Assembly: GCA_050010515.1 (NCBI GenBank)
Contig: JBEKKX010000012.1
Coordinates: 1-64,000 of the forward strand
Length of the DNA: 64,000 nucleotides
Direction of reading: 5' to 3'
Origin: Candidatus Bathyarchaeia archaeon
Lineage (GTDB): Archaea; Thermoproteota; Bathyarchaeia; Bathyarchaeales; Bathycorpusculaceae
This document shows, in pieces, positions 47,399 through 57,190 of the stretch (within the stretch, counting starts at the first letter, position 1; every line of letters starts with the position of its first letter). The notes under the pieces are model-generated. The model had not been told where the DNA came from. It made no database searches and saw nothing but the letters and a program-made list of their open reading frames with translations. Both the position numbers and the translations under genes were made by a program.

Positions 47399-49615
47399 TC
47401 ATGTAGAAGTGAAGCGGTCGAACGTTACCAGATTGCTCATGGAGCCGCATGATGGGCATTTATGCAATGTTCCGAGCCAGCTTTTTTTACAGTTATCGCA
47501 GAAGCTAATTATTCGATTATAAGTGAAGAATTCCAAGGATTGGTTTTCAATTAAGCGCTGGGTCAAATCCATTAGTGCTTCAGGCTTAAACTCAGCGCCT
47601 TCCAAGTCTATAATGTCTAAGGTTCCCCCAGCGTTTAGCCTTTTCATTTTTTGCGTCGTTTCCAACATTTCAGATGGTATGCTGAGGGTTTCACCAGCTT
47701 TAACTTGGAACCTGTTTGCTGTTGAGTAATAGGGTTTTTCTCTTGTTCCTGAGAACTTTACCTTGGCCACACCGTATTTTTCGATGTCTAATTGGGCGAG
47801 CCTTTCTGATGCTTCAGAATTGCTAAGTATTACAGGGTACAAGCGTTTTCCATGTTTCCTGCCGATTTTCTGCTTGAAAGCCAAAATGTTCTGAATTGTT
47901 TCCTCGGCAAACTTGCGGCTCTCTTCCGAGTTTATGCTTTTTTCAGTGAAAGCTTCTACGGCTTCTTTGAACCCAGCTAAATTTATTATCCGTGAGCAGT
48001 TTTCTAGCCTGAAGTATGTGTCTCCACTGGTGTTTTTTAGCAGGAAAGGCAATGAGTTTTTTCCGAATTGCTTGAGTGCATTGTTTTTTACTCCTAAAGC
48101 TCGGGCGGCAAGTTCAAAACGTTCTCTCACTAAATCGAAAAACTTGTTTTTATCCTTCTCACTTTCTTGAGCGATTCTTGGCAAATTAATTGTTACACAA
48201 CCAAGACAGCCTGTGCGAAGGGTGTCGGTTTCCCAGTCTCCAGTAAAGTCAGGTGTAAGTTTAACTCCCGAAGCGGAAAAAACTGTGTTTTCTGCTTCTT
48301 TCTTTATGGTGTTGGCAAAGTAGGGTGTTCCTTTTTCCGTTGCCAACTGGTGGACTTTGAGGAGAACTGCCTTTGCGTTTTCATCTGGTAAAGTATCTTT
48401 GTTAATTTTTATGACCAGTTTGGGATTGAGCAGGGGCTTCTGAGAACTCTCTTCCGTGAAGACTTCAATGATAAGTGATGCTAAAAGTTGGCTTTCTTGG
48501 GTGAAGTCACTGTATTTGCCGCATATTTTTCCTTGAGGACCAATTGCTTCTTTTTCCGAGGTTAATTTTGGAATTAAAAGCTCAAGCCCCAACGTTGCGT
48601 TGGCATGCTGGTTTAGGTTTAAAATGAATAAGCGTAGGTTTTCCTTTATTCTTGCTGTTTCAGCGCCTTTTGCAAAGGGAGCGAGAAAAACGTTGAAGTA
48701 ATCGCACGTTTGAGTTCGGTTTGTTTCTTTGCTGGCATGTAAGAGAACGTTGAAGGCAACTGCCAACGCTGATTCAAAGTTACTCGGAGGCTCCATTGAA
48801 ACTTGCAGTGGATTATCCAGTTTGAGGCCGTTTTGGAAGAAAAACCTCAGGTCATGGCTGATCTCGTCTGGTTTTAGTATCCATGTGCCTAAGTCGTCAA
48901 TGTGGATGGCGCCTGAGAGGTGAGCGTCAGCTATGTCTCTTGGGAAAATGTTGAGCAAAGTGTACTCGCCAAGGACGGCTTGGCCTGCTTTTGTAAGTAA
49001 CGTTGCTGAGTCAGTGGGGTCATCCTTTGATTCTAATGAAGTCGTTACCTCATGTACAGGCATGCCTACTCTTGTGAGTTTATGGCGGTATTCTTCATAG
49101 CCCTTCTCAACCAAAATGCCATTAACAATTTCCCTGATTAGGGATGCTGTGAGGTATTTTGTTTTTGATTTAACTAGGCGTTTTTCAGCTTCTTTAGCCG
49201 CTTTCTGCGCTAATTCAGCTGGAACTTTTGCTTCTTTTATAAGTGAATTGGCTATTTTGTTTGCATCAAACTCTTCCACTGTTAAATGTGATGTGCGGAC
49301 AAGCATTCCTCTGGGTTTAAATGCTTTCTTCTCGATGCGGTCAGCTACGTCGAGAACCATTTTGCCAAGGTCAGTTAGATAGTATTTTTTTGCTTCAACA
49401 TCTGCTTCAACCAAATCTGCCTTTAACAGAAATTTTAGGTGGTAGGCAAATCTGCCGGCGTCTCGGCTGGGGTTCATTTTTAACTGGTTCATTAATTCAG
49501 TGTATGAGAGAGCGCTTTTGTCGAATAGTAAGTTGAGGATTTGCAGTCTGAGAGGTGAAGAAACGGCTTTGAGCACTTTCACGCCGTGTGCACGATGCGA
49601 TGGCTGATTTACCAT
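47399..49615 (-). CDS. ArsR-wHTH + ATP-cone + class III ribonucleotide reductase-like fusion, apparently catalytically degenerate
   Basis: LRLQIL…FAYHLKFL…YYLTDLG (wHTH); EEFDANKIANSL…REIVN (ATP cone); ADAHLSGAIHIDD, GTPYF, TINLPR, GG, CxxC…CxxC (NrdD); ends DRFTST without the R(I/V)xGY glycyl motif. Confidence 0.88.
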   Translation of the reverse strand: MVNQPSHRAHGVKVLKAVSSPLRLQILNLLFDKSALSYTELMNQLKMNPSRDAGRFAYHLKFLLKADLVEADVEAKKYYLTDLGKMVLDVADRIEKKAFKPRGMLVRTSHLTVEEFDANKIANSLIKEAKVPAELAQKAAKEAEKRLVKSKTKYLTASLIREIVNGILVEKGYEEYRHKLTRVGMPVHEVTTSLESKDDPTDSATLLTKAGQAVLGEYTLLNIFPRDIADAHLSGAIHIDDLGTWILKPDEISHDLRFFFQNGLKLDNPLQVSMEPPSNFESALAVAFNVLLHASKETNRTQTCDYFNVFLAPFAKGAETARIKENLRLFILNLNQHANATLGLELLIPKLTSEKEAIGPQGKICGKYSDFTQESQLLASLIIEVFTEESSQKPLLNPKLVIKINKDTLPDENAKAVLLKVHQLATEKGTPYFANTIKKEAENTVFSASGVKLTPDFTGDWETDTLRTGCLGCVTINLPRIAQESEKDKNKFFDLVRERFELAARALGVKNNALKQFGKNSLPFLLKNTSGDTYFRLENCSRIINLAGFKEAVEAFTEKSINSEESRKFAEETIQNILAFKQKIGRKHGKRLYPVILSNSEASERLAQLDIEKYGVAKVKFSGTREKPYYSTANRFQVKAGETLSIPSEMLETTQKMKRLNAGGTLDIIDLEGAEFKPEALMDLTQRLIENQSLEFFTYNRIISFCDNCKKSWLGTLHKCPSCGSMSNLVTFDRFTST

Positions 49616-49911
49616 AAACCCTTTTCCCCTTCGGCTCCCAGATTGGCGCTCTACCTATAATTCAGTGGCAGAGTTTAAACTTAGCTAAAGGCTTTATTTA
49701 AAGCAAAACTAAAATTCTCAACGCTTTCGTACAAATCAAGCATAACTGAAAAACGAGGGCTAAAGTGCTTAAAAGGTAAGTGATGAAACGACATTCCAGT
49801 GTAGGGGAAAGATTGGTTGAAGTGAAAGCGGTGGAAAGCATTTGTTGTAGCTTGTTTGAGACAACAAATTTTCATATAGTTTAAACGCTACTAAAGATAA
49901 GTTGAAATTTC

Positions 49912-50058
49912 ATGATTTCGTGTTGCAATGTTATCTGTCCAAAATGCGGAAAAGAGCTTGCTAAACCTGATAAAAAATTAGAGAACTCTGTCTTCTGCAT
50001 AGCAATTTACACATGTGATGTATGTGGCACGACATTCAAGTATTCTAAGTCATTTTAG
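49912..50058 (+). CDS. 48-aa zinc-ribbon microprotein
   Basis: MISCCNVICPKCGKELAKPDKKLENSVFCIAIYTCDVCGTTFKYSKSF*. Confidence 0.65.
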   Translation: MISCCNVICPKCGKELAKPDKKLENSVFCIAIYTCDVCGTTFKYSKSF

Positions 50059-50471
50059 CTATTTGGCTTGCAGATGCCCAATTCAGTTTTTTGCTGTTAA
50101 ACTTCACATTCGGCGATATTTCTTATTAATTTCCTTGTCTTCTCCATAAATTATGCTTTTTATACTGAGCACAAAGAGGAATCACGCAAAAAAACACACT
50201 AATTTATCGCTTTGTTGCTTCAAACTGTGACAACATTATTTTATATTCTTTAGAATCGTAACCAGATGACAAGAAAGAAGAAGGAATCAGCTAAGAGCCC
50301 AGTTGAAACATGAGATCCCTAAGAAATCGCCCATCTTTCCTAGGCTGCTAAATAATCAAAATAAAAAAGTCGATAACTCAAAACCTTGTTATTGTAAAGG
50401 CACAGTCACATCATTATTTATCATTCAAGACACACCTAGTATTTACAACCACGCAGAAAGGATTAGCCTAA

Positions 50472-50567
50472 AAGCGTGAGTCGATGGTTAACTTAGATGC
50501 AGGCGAATGATTCCCCTCTCTCTTTCCTGAAATTTTTTGTTTGCGTCTAAGCTAACCTATTTCGCTT
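50472..50567 (+). ncRNA. Candidate structured RNA hairpin upstream of nop5
   Basis: About 22-bp stem 50486-50507/50536-50557 with G-U pairs on the + strand, basal AAGCG/CGCTT, loop TGA…CTGA. Confidence 0.35.
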
Positions 50568-50847
50568 AAACCCGCAATTATTTTATAGTTCCATCAAATA
50601 AAAACATAGTGTCTTTAATTTTATCCCATTTTCCCTGTTGCGAGAGGGCATTCAAGCGGTGGCTTGTGAGCCTGTTTGGCTATACAGAAATTCTATTCAA
50701 AAATAGGAAGGGGAAGTAGATTTGGCATTAGAGCAGTCTTTAAAGAGACCGATAACATGGAAAAATACGGTTCTTTCAATTTAAGGCAAAGAAACTATTT
50801 ATTAAGTTAGAGCAATGACAATAGTTAGTTTATTGGGGCTCAGAAAC

Positions 50848-52131
50848 ATGAAAACATTCATAATCCAGTTTCCATACGGAGTAGCAGCTTTCGACGACAA
50901 AAACAGTTTAGCAGAGAAGGTTCTGTTTCCAAAAAAACCTCAGGCAGCAGCAAGAAGCTTGCTTAAAGCTGAAGCCGGAAAAATGTCCGACGAACTATTC
51001 TCATTAATTTCCCTTCTAAAAAACGTAGGTTACGACGCTTTTGTTTTTGAAAACGCCAACTTGGCAGAAGAAGTTCAACGCAAAATGAACGTTACCGTGG
51101 AAGTGGCGAAACCTGCCGAAGCTGAAGTTCTCCGTTCACTCATGAATGAAGTTGCAGTTGAATCAGGCTTTGTAAAAGATGAACAAGACCTAAGCCTTTG
51201 GAACCGCAACGTCAGCTTGGAACTTGCCAAGTTAAGAATAAAAGGTGCCTCCGAAAAAAGAGACCTAATCATCGCTCAGGGCATTCAGACGCTGGATGAT
51301 TTAGACCGCACAGTCAACCTATTCATGGGCAGGCTTAGAGAATGGTACGGCGTGTACTTCCCAGAGCTTGACCGCTTAATCGAAAAACATGAAACTTATG
51401 CTCGGCTAGTCATGAATTTAGGCGACAGAGAAAGCTACACAGCAGAAGCCTTGGAAAAGGAAAATATTCCTAAAGAAAGAGCAGGATTAGTCGCTAAAGC
51501 TGCTGAATCATCCATGGGCGCAGACATCGCTGAACGTGATTTAGAGCAGATACAAGCCTTAGCTAAAAACGTGCTTGAATTTTATGAACTGCGCAAGAAC
51601 ATGGAGAACTATATTGATAGAACCATGGAGGAAATGGCGCCCAACGTACGTGCAGTTGCAGGTGCACTTCTCGGTGCACGCTTAATAGCCATAGCTGGCA
51701 GCCTGCGAACCTTGGCTATGAGACCAGCAAGCACTATTCAAGTTTTAGGTGCAGAAAAAGCGCTGTTTCGCTCCTTGAAAACTGGGGCTAGACCGCCAAA
51801 GCACGGCTTAATCTTCCAGCATACACTGTTGCATGATGCTAAGAGGTGGCAGAGAGGAAAAATCGCAAGGGTAATCGCTGGGAAACTAGCCATCGCCGCT
51901 AGAGCTGACGCTTTTGGAGGTCATTTTATCGGAGATAGGTTAAAAGCGGACATAAACAAGCGACTGGAAGAAATACGCGAGAAATACAAGGAGCCGCCGC
52001 CACCTAAAGAAAGAAAGCCAGAGCAAAGACCAGAAAGACGGGAACAACAATTCAGGGAAGGTGACCGAGGCGGAAGACGTTATGGCGGCGGTCAGAATCG
52101 GAGAAGAGACAGGCGTGCACGTCAAGGTTAA
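50848..52131 (+). CDS. nop5: C/D box RNP protein Nop5 (Nop56/58)
   Basis: RLREWYG.YFPEL, MAPN, PASTIQVLGAEKALF, PPKHGLIF, RGKIAR. Confidence 0.97.
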   Translation: MKTFIIQFPYGVAAFDDKNSLAEKVLFPKKPQAAARSLLKAEAGKMSDELFSLISLLKNVGYDAFVFENANLAEEVQRKMNVTVEVAKPAEAEVLRSLMNEVAVESGFVKDEQDLSLWNRNVSLELAKLRIKGASEKRDLIIAQGIQTLDDLDRTVNLFMGRLREWYGVYFPELDRLIEKHETYARLVMNLGDRESYTAEALEKENIPKERAGLVAKAAESSMGADIAERDLEQIQALAKNVLEFYELRKNMENYIDRTMEEMAPNVRAVAGALLGARLIAIAGSLRTLAMRPASTIQVLGAEKALFRSLKTGARPPKHGLIFQHTLLHDAKRWQRGKIARVIAGKLAIAARADAFGGHFIGDRLKADINKRLEEIREKYKEPPPPKERKPEQRPERREQQFREGDRGGRRYGGGQNRRRDRRARQG

Positions 52132-52813
52132 ACCGCATCCAAAATTCAAGGAAATCTACCAAGCCACGCTTGAAGACGGAGTACAAAGGTTAGCCACACG
52201 CAACTTAACGCCTGGCTTAAACGTTTACGGCGAACGCCTCGTTAAGGTTAAAGGTGTTGAATACCGCATTTGGGATGCTTTCAGAAGCAAGTTGGCAGCC
52301 GCTATTCTTAAAGGCGTGCAAAATGTGCCCATAGAACCTGGCTTCAAAGTGCTTTATTTGGGTGCTGCTTCTGGAACCACACCCAGCCATGTTTCAGACA
52401 TCGTCGGCGAGAGTGGGTATGTTTACTGCGTCGAATTTGCTCAGCGGTCAATTAGGGATTTAGTTAACAATGTTGCGGCTTATCGGTCTAACATTTCTCC
52501 GCTTCTGGAGGATGCCCGAATGCCGGAAAAATACGCCATGTTCATCTCTGGCAAAGTGGACACGATCTATTGTGATGTGGCGCAGCCGGAACAGGCTAAA
52601 CTGCTCGCTGACAACGCAGACATGTTCCTTAAACCATTAGGCTGGGTGATGTTAGCTGTGAAAGCGCAAAGCATCGATGTAACGATGGACCCAGACGCGG
52701 TATATCGGCAAGAAGCAAATATTTTGCGCAAACGGCGCTTTGATATTAAAGAAGTTGTGAATTTGGAGCCTTTCGACAAAGCACACGCCATGATATTAGC
52801 CCAACGAACCTGA
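52115..52813 (+). CDS. flpA: Fibrillarin-like rRNA/tRNA 2'-O-methyltransferase
   Basis: VYGE, RSKLAAAI, LYLGAASGTTPSHVSD, DVAQPEQA. Confidence 0.97.
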   Translation: MHVKVKPHPKFKEIYQATLEDGVQRLATRNLTPGLNVYGERLVKVKGVEYRIWDAFRSKLAAAILKGVQNVPIEPGFKVLYLGAASGTTPSHVSDIVGESGYVYCVEFAQRSIRDLVNNVAAYRSNISPLLEDARMPEKYAMFISGKVDTIYCDVAQPEQAKLLADNADMFLKPLGWVMLAVKAQSIDVTMDPDAVYRQEANILRKRRFDIKEVVNLEPFDKAHAMILAQRT

Positions 52814-53032
52814 TTTACGAGCAGCGACGCCTTCTTTTAGCCAATGAAACTTCTAAGCAAACAGTATACACTCTCCCCTCAATTTTGCTAGAGAGATTCA
52901 GTTGCTAAATTGATACCCTATCCCGCCTTCTTACTGCAATCTAGCTGCTTTTTCTTTGTAGAAGCAGTTTTTGGAAAAAGCAATATAGCTTAGTTTACTA
53001 ACGCCATTGATAGTTAAGGTTGAAAACGAAGA

Positions 53033-53695
53033 ATGTTGGTTGCTGGTGTTGATGAAGCTGGGCGTGGATGCGTTATCGGTCCCTTAGTAGTTGCTGGCGT
53101 CATGCTGAAAGCTGAGAATTTGCCCCTTTTAAGCGAATTAGGCGTGAAAGATTCAAAGCTTCTAACGCCCAAGAAGCGTGAAACATTATACCCTGAAATC
53201 ATCCGCTTAAGCGAAAAATACCAGACAATAAAGGTGCTTCCATACCAAATTGACAAAGCAGTTGAAAGCGCCAGAATTTTGCATAAACTAAACAGGCTTG
53301 AAGCACAGACAATGGCGCAGATAATTGAAGCCTTAAAGCCCGATGAAGCCTACGTTGATGCAGCAGACACAGTTGAGCACCGCTTTGGAAACCACATCAG
53401 AGAATGCCTAAAAAACAAAACCAGAATCATTTCTAAACATAAGGCAGACAAGATTTTCCCAGTTGTTTCAGCAGCATCCATCATAGCTAAAGTAGAGCGT
53501 GACAGAGAAATTGCAACTTTAAAAGTTGAATACGGCGACTTTGGCAGCGGATACTTAACTGACGGGAAGACCATGGTTTTCCTGAGGCAGCTGCTGGAAA
53601 AAAATGATGATTATCCGAGTTTTGTTAGAAAATCATGGAAGCCTGCGAAAAGAGCAAAAAATGAGAAAGGCACGTTGCAAAAAAAGCTTGCTTAA
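53033..53695 (+). CDS. rnhB: Ribonuclease HII
   Basis: GVDEAGRG, VKDSK, VSAASIIAKV.RD, GSGY, RKSW. Confidence 0.97.
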   Translation: MLVAGVDEAGRGCVIGPLVVAGVMLKAENLPLLSELGVKDSKLLTPKKRETLYPEIIRLSEKYQTIKVLPYQIDKAVESARILHKLNRLEAQTMAQIIEALKPDEAYVDAADTVEHRFGNHIRECLKNKTRIISKHKADKIFPVVSAASIIAKVERDREIATLKVEYGDFGSGYLTDGKTMVFLRQLLEKNDDYPSFVRKSWKPAKRAKNEKGTLQKKLA

Positions 53696-53827
53696 CCATG
53701 TTTTAAGCATAAAGATGTTTTAGTTGTAGTCAAATGTTTCGGCAAAAAGTCTACAATTAAGCACTAGTTATATAAATGTCGAGGTACATTTTTAACTTAG
53801 GAACAGCGGGTTTTAAACGGCGGTTAC

Positions 53828-55522
53828 TTGATGAGCGAAAAGGATGTCACTAAGTTTTTGCAGATTCTTGGGTTGTCGAAGAGGGAAATTCAAGTTTACA
53901 TGTTCCTTGCCAAAAGCGGTGTCCAATCAACTAGCTTTGTGGCTAAAAGGCTTAAAATGGAGCGTGTTCAAGCATACCGTACATTCAAGAAGCTGCAGGA
54001 GAAAGGCTTTATTGAAGCAACCTTGGAAAGGCCTACGCGTTTTACCATTGTTCCTTTTGAAACCCTAGTTGACTCATTTATTAATGCTAAAAAGAACGAG
54101 ATAACCAACCTAACTGACCAGAAACAGCCTCTTTTAACCGCTTGGCAATCAATAAGCGCTCCCGAATCAGAATATCCTGTAGCCAAATTCTCTATTATCA
54201 CGGGCAAAAAAAAGATTCATGCCAAAATGCTATCTATGATTGAGGAGTCGAACGCTGAAGTTATTGTCTTAACAACCGCTTTAGGTTTAATTCAAGAAGA
54301 TATCGCGGGCATTTTTGATACAGCTTTCATCTCTTCCCAAGATCGAAACATACCATTTCAAGTAATAACCGAAATTTCCCATGAAAACCTCAAAGTTGCA
54401 GAGCGGATAGATAGGAGTATTTCGGAAGAAAAGTTAAACATTAAACTTCGTCATGTGAACATGAGTTCCAAATTTTTCCCGCGCTTTTTGATTGCAGATG
54501 AAGAAGAAGCCATCTTGTATGCGCCTTTTGGCAATGAAGCCTCCGTGCTTAATTTGGAAGATGAAGGCTTATGGATAAATGACAAAATGTTCATTTCGGT
54601 TCTGAAAGCTTTTTTTGTCCAAATGTGGCAAAGCGGAGTTGACGCTTCAAGACGCATAGACGAGTTGAAGAGCGGAATACCGATAGGCGAAACGCTCATC
54701 ATAAAAGACCCTGAAGAAGCCTGGTCCAAGGTGACTGAGGTTCTTGAGTCAGCAAAAAAAGACATTGTAATAATCACAACATCACAAAGCATTAACCGCC
54801 TATCTGAAAATGACCCATTAATAAATTACTTCAAAAAAGGCTTGAAAATTCAAATAATGGCATCCATAGACTTAGATAATCTTGAACCAGCACAGCGACT
54901 TTCAACCCATTATGAAATCAAACACGTGCCAATCAGCTACCTAACAATGATGCTGGTTGACAACAAGCACTTGTTCATGTTTAAGATGCCGCCGCTAAAC
55001 GATTTTGGAACTGAATCTGCCTTTTACTTGGCTGACGCCTTCTACTCCAGCGACCCCAGCCAAATAGAAAGGGTAAGTGAAATGCTTAGTGATATTTGGA
55101 AGAGAGGAATAGACATCTCGGAAATCAGCAACCAAGCAGGCACTAAACTTCCCATAGTTGAGGTTTCAACAACTGACATAGTTGCTAAAGTTGTCGATAA
55201 AATGTTACAAAACAACGTCACTTCAGTATTGATCAATGAGAATCATAAGCCAGTTGGGGTAATAAACGACAGAGACCTTTTGAAGGAAATAGTTGAAGAA
55301 CACAAGGATCCTAAGAAAACTCTAGCAAAAGACCTCAACTATACGCCGCTTATAATTCTTCAAGCAAACGAATCCATGATTACAGCCATGAAGCTTATGG
55401 AGGAAAAGGGCATGAAGCGAGCTGTCATGGTTAGAAACGGACAGCTTATAGGCATGTTAATGGAAAATGCTGCTAATGCTGCTAAAAGGGCTGCCTTGCA
55501 AGTTAAAGCATCTGTCTCATAA
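53828..55522 (+). CDS. TrmB-family regulator with duplicated effector domains and C-terminal CBS pair
   Basis: LGLSKREIQVY…AYRTFKKLQEKGFIE…PTRF; two units ending F.QMW / SDIW; GVINDRDLL CBS. Confidence 0.88.
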   Translation: MMSEKDVTKFLQILGLSKREIQVYMFLAKSGVQSTSFVAKRLKMERVQAYRTFKKLQEKGFIEATLERPTRFTIVPFETLVDSFINAKKNEITNLTDQKQPLLTAWQSISAPESEYPVAKFSIITGKKKIHAKMLSMIEESNAEVIVLTTALGLIQEDIAGIFDTAFISSQDRNIPFQVITEISHENLKVAERIDRSISEEKLNIKLRHVNMSSKFFPRFLIADEEEAILYAPFGNEASVLNLEDEGLWINDKMFISVLKAFFVQMWQSGVDASRRIDELKSGIPIGETLIIKDPEEAWSKVTEVLESAKKDIVIITTSQSINRLSENDPLINYFKKGLKIQIMASIDLDNLEPAQRLSTHYEIKHVPISYLTMMLVDNKHLFMFKMPPLNDFGTESAFYLADAFYSSDPSQIERVSEMLSDIWKRGIDISEISNQAGTKLPIVEVSTTDIVAKVVDKMLQNNVTSVLINENHKPVGVINDRDLLKEIVEEHKDPKKTLAKDLNYTPLIILQANESMITAMKLMEEKGMKRAVMVRNGQLIGMLMENAANAAKRAALQVKASVS

Positions 55523-55561
55523 CATTTTTTTAACTTAAAATAACCTTACTGCATTTTTTGA

Positions 55562-56293
<732 letters not shown>

Positions 56294-56307
56294 CTGTGTG
56301 AGTAACT

Positions 56308-57189
56308 TTGAAAGTTGAAGCTGAATGTGAATCTTGCCTGCTTGCACGGGCAACGACGCAAACCTACCAAGCTACAACAAACCCTGCCCTACGTTTCAGA
56401 TGCCTCGCTGAAGTTGTTAAACTGTTAAATCGAGAATTCAAACCAACGTCTGTGGCGGCGGATTTAGGCACCAAAAGAGACCGCATAATTAAACAGTTAA
56501 CAGGCAACAATGACCCATATCTTCGAACCAAGAAGGCGGCTAACGAGAAAGCGTTGAAAATGCTGCCGCGTGCAAAAAAGCTTGTGGAAGAGGGTAATAA
56601 TCAGCAGGAAAGGTTCAAGAAGGCATGTCTATGTGCTATTGTCGGGAATGTTATGGAGTTTGATATTCCAGGCCACAGGTTCAACTTGAACAATTTGTCG
56701 GGTTGTTTTAGGGGAGCATCTAAAGATTTAGTTATTGATGATATTGACAAAGCATATGAGTTGGCAAAGAAAGCAGACAGTGTTCTCTTCTTAGCGGATA
56801 ACGCTGGAGAAATCGTTTTTGACATGTTACTCGTTGAACAGTTAAAAAACATGGGCTTAAAAGTAACATATGTCGTTAAGGGTGGACCAGTAATTAACGA
56901 TGCCACTTTAGATGATGCGTTATTCTCAGGCATGGATAAAATTGCTGACGACATATTAACCACGGGAACCGACGCGGTTGGCTTGCAGAAAAAGGAAGTT
57001 TCACCTGAATTCTTGAAAATTTACGATGCTGCAGAGCTGGTTTTTGCTAAAGGCATGGGGTATGCTGAAACCCTTACTGAGTACAAGTTAACGAAGCCTC
57101 ATCTGCTTTTGTTCAGAACAAAATGTGTCCCAGTAGCCAATTATTTCTGTGCTCCACGCGACAAGAACATTGCAAAGCTGATGCCGTAA
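56308..57189 (+). CDS. DUF89/ARMT1-like damage-control phosphatase
   Basis: CESC, DPY, GN..EF, DNAGEIVFD, NDAT, KGMGYAE, KC. Confidence 0.92.
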   Translation: MKVEAECESCLLARATTQTYQATTNPALRFRCLAEVVKLLNREFKPTSVAADLGTKRDRIIKQLTGNNDPYLRTKKAANEKALKMLPRAKKLVEEGNNQQERFKKACLCAIVGNVMEFDIPGHRFNLNNLSGCFRGASKDLVIDDIDKAYELAKKADSVLFLADNAGEIVFDMLLVEQLKNMGLKVTYVVKGGPVINDATLDDALFSGMDKIADDILTTGTDAVGLQKKEVSPEFLKIYDAAELVFAKGMGYAETLTEYKLTKPHLLLFRTKCVPVANYFCAPRDKNIAKLMP

Positions 57190-57190
57190 A

